Assembly (NCBI GenBank): GCA_017531795.1
Contig: JAFXKH010000043.1
Coordinates: 38-64,037, forward strand
DNA length: 64,000 bases
From: Clostridia bacterium
GTDB taxonomy: Bacteria > Bacillota > Clostridia > Christensenellales > Pumilibacteraceae
Reading direction: 5' to 3'
Shown here: positions 8,590 through 16,705 of the stretch, piece by piece
Layout of the letters: each line of letters starts with the position of its first letter
How positions within the stretch are numbered: the stretch's first letter is position 1
Program-made: the position numbers and the translations under genes
The notes under the pieces: generated by a model
The model's input: the letters and a program-made list of their open reading frames with translations, nothing else
What the model was told of the DNA's origin: nothing
The model's database searches: none

Positions 8590-9593
8590 CGGCAGAACTT
8601 GCTATAACGATGGGTACTACTAATACTGCGATATATGTGGCAGGTAATGGTATAGTTCTCTATGAACCTACGGCAATAGCTTACTTTGGTGATCCAAAAC
8701 TTGGCAAAGTTAGAGCCGTGGGAAAAGAAGCAGTTGCTCTTTTAGGACGTTCTTCTGATAATACTTCGGTAATTTATCCAATAACCGACGGATATATCAC
8801 TAATCCTGAGGCTTGTAAGGATATGTTGTCCGAGTTTTTGAAAAAACTTTTTACCCCAAAACTTTTTGGATACAAAATTAAAGCGATCGTTGGTTTGCCT
8901 ATAGGTATAACGATAGAAGAACGTAGGATTTACGACGACATTTTTGCAAAAATCGGACTCAATGAAATCATAGCCGTAGAGAATATTTATTTGACGGCAG
9001 TCGGACTTAATTTACCAATTCACTCTCATAAAATGCATTTTGTGGTAAATATTGGCGGAGGAATTACTGAAATATCTGCTATTTCATCAAGCGATATCGT
9101 CAAAGGTTGTAGTATCAGCATTGGCGGAAACATGATGGATAAAGCAGTCCGCGATTACGTTTTGGGTAAGTTTGATTTTAAGTTGAGTTTGCGTACTATA
9201 TCGAAAATTAAAGAAACGATAGGAAGTTTATACTCGAACGACACTTCTTGTATGACAGTCACAGGAGTTGATCTTGCGCGCAGAGTGCCGGGTGAATTAA
9301 GGATAAAAGCAACGGATATTATGGAAGCGATTATGCCTTATTATCTTCGTATCGCGGACGGTGTCGAATCTGTAATTAAGTCTGTTTCGCCTGACGTTGG
9401 ATTCGATCTCATTAGCGGAGGACTGCATTTTGCCGGTGGCGGAAGTAACGTATTGGGCTTGAATAAACTTATGTCTGAAAGATTTAGCGTCCCGATTAAC
9501 GTTCATGCTGATGGAGAGTTTTCGGCAATATACGGAGCAGGGAAATTACTCTCAGACGTTGTTTTACTAAATGAAATACTAACGAAACATTGA
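8586..9593 (+). CDS. MreB/Mbl-family actin-like protein, divergent (nucleotide-site substitutions)
   Basis: By eye it is collinear with MreB along its full length: ITMGTTNTAIYV...GIVLYEPTAIA, FVVNIGGGITEISAIS, SIGGNMMDKAVRDYV, FAGGGSNVLGLNKLM, and YGAGKLL. ATGA overlap with maf. Confidence 0.8.
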   Translation: MTAELAITMGTTNTAIYVAGNGIVLYEPTAIAYFGDPKLGKVRAVGKEAVALLGRSSDNTSVIYPITDGYITNPEACKDMLSEFLKKLFTPKLFGYKIKAIVGLPIGITIEERRIYDDIFAKIGLNEIIAVENIYLTAVGLNLPIHSHKMHFVVNIGGGITEISAISSSDIVKGCSISIGGNMMDKAVRDYVLGKFDFKLSLRTISKIKETIGSLYSNDTSCMTVTGVDLARRVPGELRIKATDIMEAIMPYYLRIADGVESVIKSVSPDVGFDLISGGLHFAGGGSNVLGLNKLMSERFSVPINVHADGEFSAIYGAGKLLSDVVLLNEILTKH

Positions 9594-9618
9594 TTTCGGG
9601 TTGGATACGGTGTATAGG

Positions 9619-9636
9619 CACGCGCTTAGTCGCGTG
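9619..9636 (+). terminator. Putative intrinsic terminator after the mreB-like gene
   Basis: CACGCG-CTTAGT-CGCGTG hairpin followed by TCTTTTCATTT. Confidence 0.45.
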
Positions 9637-9720
9637 TCTTTTCATTTATACAAATAATATAAATATTCAACAAAAGAATATAATAATTTCTACGCGCCGT
9701 ACTTTATAATATGTATTATT

Positions 9721-10508
9721 ATGGCACGAAAAATTGTAATAACAAGTGGAAAGGGCGGTGTAGGAAAAACGACGGTAACTGCGTGTCTTGGACGCGCTCT
9801 TGCCTCTTTGGGCGAACGCGTAGTTGTAATTGACGGCGATATTGGACTTAATAATCTTGACGTTCTGCTTGGAATTGATAAGCGAGTAGTTTTGACGTTA
9901 TAGACGTAATAGAAGGTAGGTGTCGGTTAAGGCAAGCATTGATTGAAGACGTTGAAGAAAAGAACTTATTCGTTTTGCCCTCGGCGCATAGTTATGACAG
10001 TTCAAAATTTTGCGGTCAAAATATGAAAGAAATAGTTTTAAGACTATCTCATATGTTTGATTACGTTCTCGTAGATTGCCCGGCAGGGATTGAGAGTGGC
10101 TTCAAAAGGTCGGTTGCTTCTTGTGATGAAGCAATAATCGTTACAACACCGCATATCAGCGCGCTCAAGGATGCGGAAACAGTAATGAATATATTAAGGA
10201 CGAACGGAATTACAAACGAATTTATCGTTGTAAATCGAGTACGTGGTGATCTTATTGCATCGGGCGAAAGTTTGACTAAAATAGACATTGAAAAGATATT
10301 AAACAACGACGTATACGCTATGATTCCCGAAGAAGATGATTTGAACTTTTTAAGCAATGCTACTTCGTCGGGTTATAGTTGCGGTTATGCCGCATGTATT
10401 GCGCTTGCGCGTGGATTAAGGAGTGGCGTGCCTGAATTATACGATTTTTCTGAAAAATATCGTGGTATTTTTGGCAAAATCCGTAGGAGACTAAAAAGAA
10501 AACTATGA
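9721..10508 (+). pseudogene. minD: Septum site-determining ATPase MinD, interrupted by a -1 frameshift (or an assembly homopolymer error)
   Basis: ORF 9721-9903 encodes MARKIVITSGKGGVGKTTVTACLGRALA...GIDKRVV, then stops. The +2 frame from about 9891 continues as (F)DVIDVIEGRCRLRQALIEDVEEKNLFVLPSA... through ORF 9939-10508, exactly as in intact MinD. One extra T in the T4 run at 9890-9893 would restore a single ORF of about 262 aa. Confidence 0.85.
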
Positions 10509-10741
10509 AGACTGACGTTAGTAAAAAATTAAAAAGTATGTTGCTGAATAATAAACTTAACGGTTTAAATGAAGTTTTGCGCTTGATAAAATCTGATTTT
10601 GAAAGGATACTATACGAATATTTAAAATTGGATTCTACGATTGAGATAGTTGCCGACATTGATGAGTCGTACGGAAACGTAGATTTTATTGCGCGTTTTT
10701 CAGCCAGCGAAATATATGACGTAGGCAAAATGATAGAGTAA
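10505..10741 (+). CDS. minE: Cell division topological specificity factor MinE (probable)
   Basis: 78 aa, ATGA-coupled to the minD stop. The size, position and central pattern (ILYEYLKLD...IEIVADIDES.GNVDFIARF) are MinE-like. Sequence similarity is modest. Confidence 0.55.
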   Translation: MKTDVSKKLKSMLLNNKLNGLNEVLRLIKSDFERILYEYLKLDSTIEIVADIDESYGNVDFIARFSASEIYDVGKMIE

Positions 10742-10772
10742 TAATACCTTTTGTGTTCGCATAATTATTTAT

Positions 10773-11678
10773 GTGAAAATAAAATCTCTGCTTAATATTT
10801 CATTATTTAAAGGTAAAATAAAAATATCAATATTTACTTTTATTACGATTATCGCTTTGATTGTTCTCGGACACTTAGTTGAAGTTTTGTCATACGCAAT
10901 AGTACTAATAATGCATGAGTCTGCTCACGTTATATGCGCTGAAAAACTTGGATATTCGCTTTCTTCAATAAATATAATGCCATACGGTATTTCGGCAAAC
11001 GGACGTTTTGAAAACTTAAAACCGATTGATGAAATTAAAATTGCCGTTGTGGGTCCGCTGATCAACGTTTTTACTTGGACTGTAATGTTGTGTTTTTGGT
11101 GGATGTTTCCTGAAATTTACGTTGCAACGAAAAGTATTGCGGAGGCAAGTTTATTTATTGCTTTGATAAATATGATGCCTATTTATCCGCTTGACGGCGG
11201 TCGTGTTCTTCACGGTTTAATATTGATGAAAACCGGCGCGAATAGGGCAAGCAAAATCACGAAAACTATTTCAACAATTTTTTCAATTTTGATGTGCGCG
11301 CTTGCCGTCGTTATGATGATTGTTTCTTGGAATTTTTCATACTCAACGCTGGCGGTATTTATAATTAGTTCAATATTTATTCCCGTAGATAGTACTGCTT
11401 ACGAGGGAATATATACTGTATATGGAGCAAGTAAACGATTAAAAAAATCGTTAATATACAGAATTATTGCAGTTAAAGATGATTGTAGACTCTGTGATTT
11501 ATATAAAAAACTTAGCCCGCATTATTATACGGAGTTCGTTTTTATGAACGAAAATTTACGTATTATCGGGACTATGTCTGAAACAGAACTATATGAAAAT
11601 ATCATCACAAAACAAAGTACGCAAGTGGCGATTTCCCTTGCAAATAGACGTAATATGTGGTATAATACAATAGAATAG
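10773..11678 (+). CDS. M50 site-2 protease, SpoIVFB-like, with C-terminal CBS domain
   Basis: HExxH in a TM helix (LIMHESAHVICAE). Second metal-ligand motif NMMPIYPLDGGRVLHG. Six or more TM segments. CBS-like tail (IIAVKDDCRLCDLY...LRIIGTMSETELYE). It sits after minD, as spoIVFB does in Bacillus. Confidence 0.75.
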   Translation: MKIKSLLNISLFKGKIKISIFTFITIIALIVLGHLVEVLSYAIVLIMHESAHVICAEKLGYSLSSINIMPYGISANGRFENLKPIDEIKIAVVGPLINVFTWTVMLCFWWMFPEIYVATKSIAEASLFIALINMMPIYPLDGGRVLHGLILMKTGANRASKITKTISTIFSILMCALAVVMMIVSWNFSYSTLAVFIISSIFIPVDSTAYEGIYTVYGASKRLKKSLIYRIIAVKDDCRLCDLYKKLSPHYYTEFVFMNENLRIIGTMSETELYENIITKQSTQVAISLANRRNMWYNTIE

Positions 11679-11692
11679 AGGTTTTCTACTTA

Positions 11693-13195
11693 GTGAAGAA
11701 TGAAGAAATAAAAAATATAATATTGGTTGATAACGAAACTTCGTATACCACAGTTGGACTTATTGAGGATGGGAGATTATGCGAACTGTATAGCGAATCG
11801 GTTTCGCAACGGCAAATTACGGGTAATATCTATAAAGGACGCGTAGTCAACGTAGTAGACGGACTACAAAGCGCGTTTGTCGATATAGCGGAAAGTAGAA
11901 CGGGTTTTTGGCATATCAACGAATCCATGGCAAGTAAGTCTGACCTGACTGATGACGATCTGCCTTCTGATATAATGGCGAAAGAAGGCGATTACGTTAT
12001 GGTTCAAGCAATAAAAGAAGGTACAGACCTTAAAGGGCCAAAACTTACTTCAAATATTTCCATAGCAGGTCATTACGTCGTATATCTTTATAACCTTGAT
12101 TTTATCGGTGTTTCCGGAAAAATTACCAACGAGCCGTTAAGGAACAGACTTACCGATCTTTTAAAAAGTATTGCGCCGAAAGGCAGAGGATTTATTGCAA
12201 GAACAAGTTGTCTGAACGCCACCGACGAAGACATAATTCAAGAGGCTAATTTTCTTATTAAAGCAGGTGAACGCATACAACAACGTTGGGAAAACGCTGA
12301 CGGTGTTTCGTTGATACATAACGAAGGAAATATCTTATATCGTACGATAAGAGATATGCTTTCTGATAAAATTGATTTAGTTGTATGTAACAATTCGCAT
12401 ATGACGGAAGACCTTCGACAAATGATCGATATGTTTTGTCCAATGTTCAAAGGCGATGTTGCGTATTATGACAGGGAAGAAGATATTTACGATTATTTCG
12501 GTATTGGCGACGATATAACGGCAATACATAATCCACGGGTAGAATTGTCTTCGGGCGGTTTCTTAATGATAGAAAAAACCGAAGCATTGACGGCTATTGA
12601 CGTTAATACGGGTAAATTTCTCGGTAAGGATAGTAGAGAAGAAACGGTTTATAAAACCAATCTCGAAGCAGTCAAAGAAATTGCAAGGCAATTACGCCTA
12701 AGGAATATCGGTGGAATAATTGTAGTTGATTTTATTGATATGCTTGACGAGGAGCACAAAGCCAACGTCGTTGAAACTCTGAAAACTGAATTGTTCCTTG
12801 ACAGGGTAAAAACTCGAGTGCTTGATATGTCAGGGTTGGGTTTGGTCGAAATTACCCGCAAAAAAGTAGGACGAGAGTTGGGTTCGGTAAGTCAAAATAC
12901 TTGCCCATATTGCGGTGGAACAGGATATCTTTTACTTGATGCTTACGTTTCACGCGCGATAAAGTATAGATTAAAAAATCTTTTTGTCAATCACGACGTA
13001 TCAATTGCGCTTATTTTTGCGCATCCCACCTTGGCTTCACATTTGATTGACGACAATACTTTCTCAAAAGAATGCTCAGGTATATGGTCGCAAAAAAGAA
13101 TATACGTCGTTCCTGATGAGAGTTTAGATTTTGGAAGTTATCGAGTGTATTCGGGTATGGGCGGAGTTCCTTACGGAGCGACTTTACTTTCATAA
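11693..13195 (+). CDS. rng: Ribonuclease G/E family endoribonuclease
   Basis: S1 domain (GNIYKGRVVNVVDGLQSAFVDI), catalytic region (TEALTAIDVNTGKF), and Zn-link CPYCGGTGY. Confidence 0.85.
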   Translation: MKNEEIKNIILVDNETSYTTVGLIEDGRLCELYSESVSQRQITGNIYKGRVVNVVDGLQSAFVDIAESRTGFWHINESMASKSDLTDDDLPSDIMAKEGDYVMVQAIKEGTDLKGPKLTSNISIAGHYVVYLYNLDFIGVSGKITNEPLRNRLTDLLKSIAPKGRGFIARTSCLNATDEDIIQEANFLIKAGERIQQRWENADGVSLIHNEGNILYRTIRDMLSDKIDLVVCNNSHMTEDLRQMIDMFCPMFKGDVAYYDREEDIYDYFGIGDDITAIHNPRVELSSGGFLMIEKTEALTAIDVNTGKFLGKDSREETVYKTNLEAVKEIARQLRLRNIGGIIVVDFIDMLDEEHKANVVETLKTELFLDRVKTRVLDMSGLGLVEITRKKVGRELGSVSQNTCPYCGGTGYLLLDAYVSRAIKYRLKNLFVNHDVSIALIFAHPTLASHLIDDNTFSKECSGIWSQKRIYVVPDESLDFGSYRVYSGMGGVPYGATLLS

Positions 13196-13212
13196 AAATT
13201 TTTTTAGATATA

Positions 13213-13245
13213 AAAAAGAACACATCAGCTTGATGTGTTCTTTTT
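13213..13245. terminator. Bidirectional intrinsic terminator (rng / guaA-like convergent pair)
   Basis: AAAAAGAACACATCA-GCT-TGATGTGTTCTTTTT, a perfect stem of about 15 bp with A- and T-tract flanks. Confidence 0.7.
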
Positions 13246-13275
13246 GCGTGTAGCAGTCTATTAAGGCTAAAAATA

Positions 13276-14250
13276 TTATTCCCACTCAATAGTAGCAGGC
13301 GCTTTGGGGCTAAGATCGTAAAGAACTCTGCAAACTCCGTCTACTTCGTTTAATATTCTTGAAGCGATTTTTTTCAATACTGTCCACTCAATATCCGGAA
13401 CGGTTGCCGTCATAGCATCAACGGTATTGACAGCTCGTATAATTACGGGCAAATCAAAAACTCTTTTTCCGTTGCGGACACCCGTTGAGCGAAAATCAGG
13501 AACTACCGTAAAATATTGCCATACGGTCTTGTCAAGACCTGCTATTGCGAATTCTTCGCGAAGTATGGCATCAGATTCTCTGAGCGCGGTAAGACGATCT
13601 CTCGTAATCTCGCCAAGGCAACGAACACCAAGACCGGGGCCGGGGAAGGGCTGACGGTCTACCATATCATCAGGAAGTCCAAGAGCGCGTCCAACTACTC
13701 TTACTTCGTCCTTGTAGAGTAATTTTATAGGTTCAACGAGATCAAACTGCATATCTTCGGGCAGACCGCCTACGTTGTGATGCGCTTTAACGCCGTCGCT
13801 TTCAATAATATCGGGATATATCGTACCTTGCGCAAGGAATTCAATGCCTTCAAGTTTTCTTGCTTCTTCTTCAAAAACGCGTATAAACTCTCCGCCGATA
13901 ATTTTTCTCTTGGTTTCGGGGTCTGCTTCGCCCACGAGTTTACCAAGGAAGCGTTCTGTAGCATCAATATATACGAGATTTGCATCAAGCTGATTACGGA
14001 AAATTTCTACAACCTGTTCGCTTTCGCCTTTGCGCATTAAACCGTGATTTACGTGTACGCATACGAGTTGTTTGCCTATTGCTTTGATGAGCAATGCTGC
14101 GACGACGGAACTGTCCACACCGCCTGAAAGCGCAAGTAATACTTTTTTGTTTCCTACTTGAGCGCGAACTTCCGCAACTTGCTCTGCAATAAATTTTTGA
14201 GCGAGTTCGTCGTTTACGATTCTTTTCATGTCGTTCGGTCTTTTGTCCAT
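13276..14250 (-). CDS. guaA: GMP synthase ATP-pyrophosphatase + dimerisation domains only (no glutamine amidotransferase domain)
   Basis: LALSGGVDSSVVA PP-loop, RKIIGGEFIRVFEEEA, HHNVGGLPE, QPFPGPGLGVR, and the C-terminal PATIEWE. The ORF starts about 30 aa before the PP-loop with its own RBS (AAGGAG). The upstream 216 nt are non-coding. Confidence 0.85.
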   Translation of the reverse strand: MDKRPNDMKRIVNDELAQKFIAEQVAEVRAQVGNKKVLLALSGGVDSSVVAALLIKAIGKQLVCVHVNHGLMRKGESEQVVEIFRNQLDANLVYIDATERFLGKLVGEADPETKRKIIGGEFIRVFEEEARKLEGIEFLAQGTIYPDIIESDGVKAHHNVGGLPEDMQFDLVEPIKLLYKDEVRVVGRALGLPDDMVDRQPFPGPGLGVRCLGEITRDRLTALRESDAILREEFAIAGLDKTVWQYFTVVPDFRSTGVRNGKRVFDLPVIIRAVNTVDAMTATVPDIEWTVLKKIASRILNEVDGVCRVLYDLSPKAPATIEWE

Positions 14251-14436
14251 AAACTGACTCCTTGTAATAAATTAGCGTATTTATTATATACTAATCTTAC
14301 CGATTTTTCAACAACATTAAGCATTTATTTCAAAATTCTTTTCAATTTTTTACAATTTTTTGCGTATTATTGTGTATGAAACACCTACAATTCAGTTACA
14401 TGAAATTAGTTGAATACCTAAAAGTTATATAAAAAT

Positions 14437-14460
14437 AAAGACACTCAGTTGAGTGTCCTT
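14437..14460 (-). terminator. Intrinsic terminator downstream of tRNA-Glu
   Basis: On the minus strand: AAGGACACTC-AACT-GAGTGTCTTT followed by ATTTTTAT. Confidence 0.6.
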
Positions 14461-14466
14461 ATTTTT

Positions 14467-14541
14467 TGGTACCGCATAGGGGAATCGAACCCCTGTTTCC
14501 GGCGTGAGAGGCCAGCGTCCTAACCGCTAGACTAATGCGGC
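14467..14541 (-). tRNA. tRNA-Glu (anticodon CUC), CCA encoded
   Basis: Minus-strand sequence GCCGCATTAGTCTAGCGGTTAGGACGCTGGCCTCTCACGCCGGAAACAGGGGTTCGATTCCCCTATGCGGTACCA folds as a cloverleaf. It has a GTTCGATTC T-loop, and the anticodon loop CTCTCAC gives CUC. Confidence 0.85.
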
Positions 14542-14559
14542 AAATCCTTAACTTTGCGC

Positions 14560-14588
14560 ATTATATCATAAAATAGCAAAATTGGCAA
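14560..14588 (-). promoter_or_regulatory. Sigma-A-type promoter for tRNA-Glu
   Basis: On the minus strand: TTGCCA, a 17-nt spacer, then TATAAT, ending about 18 nt upstream of the tRNA 5' end. Confidence 0.5.
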
Positions 14589-14615
14589 GGATTTTAATCT
14601 TGTTTTATAAAATAT

Positions 14616-16259
14616 TTATGCGACTTTATATTCGAAAGCATGAGCTAAGTTAAGAACGTGGTCTGCTGCTCTCTCTATGTTGCCTACAAGATTGATAAAG
14701 ACACTACTTGATTGGGGTTGGCACGTGCCCTCATTAAGACGTTTGATATGTCCGTCAACGGCTTTTCTTTTAAGCCCGTCAATTTCATCTTCAAGTTCTT
14801 CAGCGCGAACGACTGCGTTTGAGTTTGCGTTACCAAACGCAAGCATACTTTCTTCAAATAGGGTGCCGAGTTTATCGTTCATAAGTTTTATGTCTGCAAG
14901 CACGGCGTCTGAGAACTCAAATTCATCCTCAACGTAGTGTCTTGTATATTTTGTCATATTGTCTGCAAGATCCGCAATACGCAATATGTCGCCAAGTGAT
15001 TCGTGCAATCTGGAAATGATTTTTTCGTCAGAATAGGAAATTTCCTCGCTGGACAACTTGACTAAAAACTTAGTGATTTTTTTACTTACGTCATTAGCAT
15101 GTAAGATATTATCTTTAATTTTGCTAGAAGAATCCAAGTCCTTAGTGGTAAAGCAATCGATTGAATCACGCAACGTCTTTATTGAAATCGTCGCAAGACG
15201 GGTGACTTCTTTTTTTGCTTGCATGAGAGCGATTGAGGGAGTTTTAAGTAAACGTTCGTCAAGATAAGTTTCTTCCTGAGGTACTTTGACTTTTTTGTCA
15301 CGAATAATAAACGTCGCAATTTTTACGAACACGTCAATAAAAGGGAAGAAAACAATTACGCAAATCGTATTGAAGAAGGTATGGAACATTGCAATTTGCG
15401 TTGTGGGCGCGTCGGGGAACCATTGCATTAATGTTACTTCCATAAAACTTGGCCACAGCAATAACATTATTGTGAAAATTAGTGTGCCAAACAAGTTGAA
15501 TAACAAGTGTATAAATGCCGCGCGTTTTGCGTTTGTATTTGCTCCTATTGAGGAAAGGATTGCAGTAATACAAGAACCGATATTTGATCCAAGGATCAAG
15601 AAAAGTACGCTATTTCCGCCCGAACCAATGATAAGTCCGCTTGCTGCCATAGAAATGACGATGGTCGTAACTGCAGAGGACGATTGCAGAAGGGCAGTAA
15701 ACCCTATACCTATGAGTAGCAATAAAAATGGATTTTGAAGTGAAGTAAGCGCTCCTGTAAACGCAGGATTTGTGCTGAAAGTTTTCATAGAACTACTCAT
15801 GAATTCAAGTCCTACGAAAACGAGTCCAAGACCGCCTAAAATATTTCCTACCGTTCTGACTTTGTCTTTCTTTGAAAGCATCGTCATAAAAATTCCGACA
15901 AAGGCAAGGGGCAGGATAAAAGCAGAGAACTCAAATGCGCTAAGCGCGGCAATCTGAGCGGTAATGGTAGTACCTATATTTGCTCCCATAATTATTGCCG
16001 TAGCCATTGAAAGGGACATGATGCCGGCGTTTACAAAGCCTACAGTGATTACTGTCGTTGCTCCTGAAGACTGAACAAGCGCTGTAGTGACTGTGCCTAT
16101 TCCAACTCCTGCAAATTTTCCGGCGCTGGATGTTTTGCTAAACCATCCTCTAAGTTTTGTATTCGCGAGTTTTTCAATAGCGTCCGATAAAACTTTAAAG
16201 CCAAACAACAAGACACCAATACCGCCTAATAAACTCATGACGGCCGTTACATATTCCAT
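14616..16259 (-). CDS. Na+/phosphate cotransporter family protein (NptA-like) with C-terminal PhoU-like domain
   Basis: Two Na_Pi_cotrans repeats (GANIGTTITAQ and GSNIGSCITA), multiple TM segments, and a helical PhoU-like tail of about 200 aa ending in ...IERAADHVLNLA. Confidence 0.85.
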   Translation of the reverse strand: MEYVTAVMSLLGGIGVLLFGFKVLSDAIEKLANTKLRGWFSKTSSAGKFAGVGIGTVTTALVQSSGATTVITVGFVNAGIMSLSMATAIIMGANIGTTITAQIAALSAFEFSAFILPLAFVGIFMTMLSKKDKVRTVGNILGGLGLVFVGLEFMSSSMKTFSTNPAFTGALTSLQNPFLLLLIGIGFTALLQSSSAVTTIVISMAASGLIIGSGGNSVLFLILGSNIGSCITAILSSIGANTNAKRAAFIHLLFNLFGTLIFTIMLLLWPSFMEVTLMQWFPDAPTTQIAMFHTFFNTICVIVFFPFIDVFVKIATFIIRDKKVKVPQEETYLDERLLKTPSIALMQAKKEVTRLATISIKTLRDSIDCFTTKDLDSSSKIKDNILHANDVSKKITKFLVKLSSEEISYSDEKIISRLHESLGDILRIADLADNMTKYTRHYVEDEFEFSDAVLADIKLMNDKLGTLFEESMLAFGNANSNAVVRAEELEDEIDGLKRKAVDGHIKRLNEGTCQPQSSSVFINLVGNIERAADHVLNLAHAFEYKVA

Positions 16260-16405
16260 AAAAAGTGATCTCCAATTATTCTTACGTTAAAGGTCGTTGA
16301 CATAATCGCTTTTACGCCAAAATTCCCTTATATAAATTTTAATATATTTAAAAAATATATTGCAAGAAATTTACTATGCTATTTTATGAAAAATCAATTA
16401 TTTTA

Positions 16406-16434
16406 TTGACTTTTTAAAACTATTTTGGTATAAT
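16406..16434 (+). promoter_or_regulatory. Strong sigma-A-type promoter (extended -10) for the AbrB-like/ABC operon
   Basis: TTGACT, a 17-nt spacer, then TGgTATAAT. The inverted repeat GTATGA-AAG-TCATAC lies between the -10 and the RBS (about 16447-16461). Confidence 0.55.
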
Positions 16435-16483
16435 AATCATACAAGTATGAAAGTCATACCAAAATTACAACTAAGGAGTTAAT

Positions 16484-16705
16484 ATGGAACTTGAAAATAA
16501 TAAAATATTTTTTGGCATAGCGAAGGTTGGGACGAAAGGACAAATCGTGATTCCTATGAGTGCTCGTAAACAATACGATATAAGACCGGGTGATAACGTA
16601 CTTCTTCTTGGCGACAAAGCCAATGGTTTATGGATAGCGACTGCTGATGCTTTTGATAAACTTGCTCCCGGTGCGTTAGCCGAAATTGTAAAAGGTAGAA
16701 TATAA
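16484..16705 (+). CDS. AbrB/MazE/SpoVT-type (looped-hinge helix) DNA-binding domain protein
   Basis: 73 aa. GIAKVGTKGQIVIPMSARKQYDIRPGDNVLLLGD matches the SpoVT-AbrB swapped-hairpin motif. The stop overlaps the ABC ATPase start. Confidence 0.75.
   Translation: MELENNKIFFGIAKVGTKGQIVIPMSARKQYDIRPGDNVLLLGDKANGLWIATADAFDKLAPGALAEIVKGRI

Noticed and set aside
14251-14466. Possible purine/guanine riboswitch upstream of the guaA-like gene.
   Set aside because: I read the minus-strand leader and found no three-way-junction signature (for example UAUA...conserved loops...CCGUAAA-like core). Only a promoter-like AT-rich region and the tRNA terminator are there. A covariance-model scan would be needed to exclude it fully.
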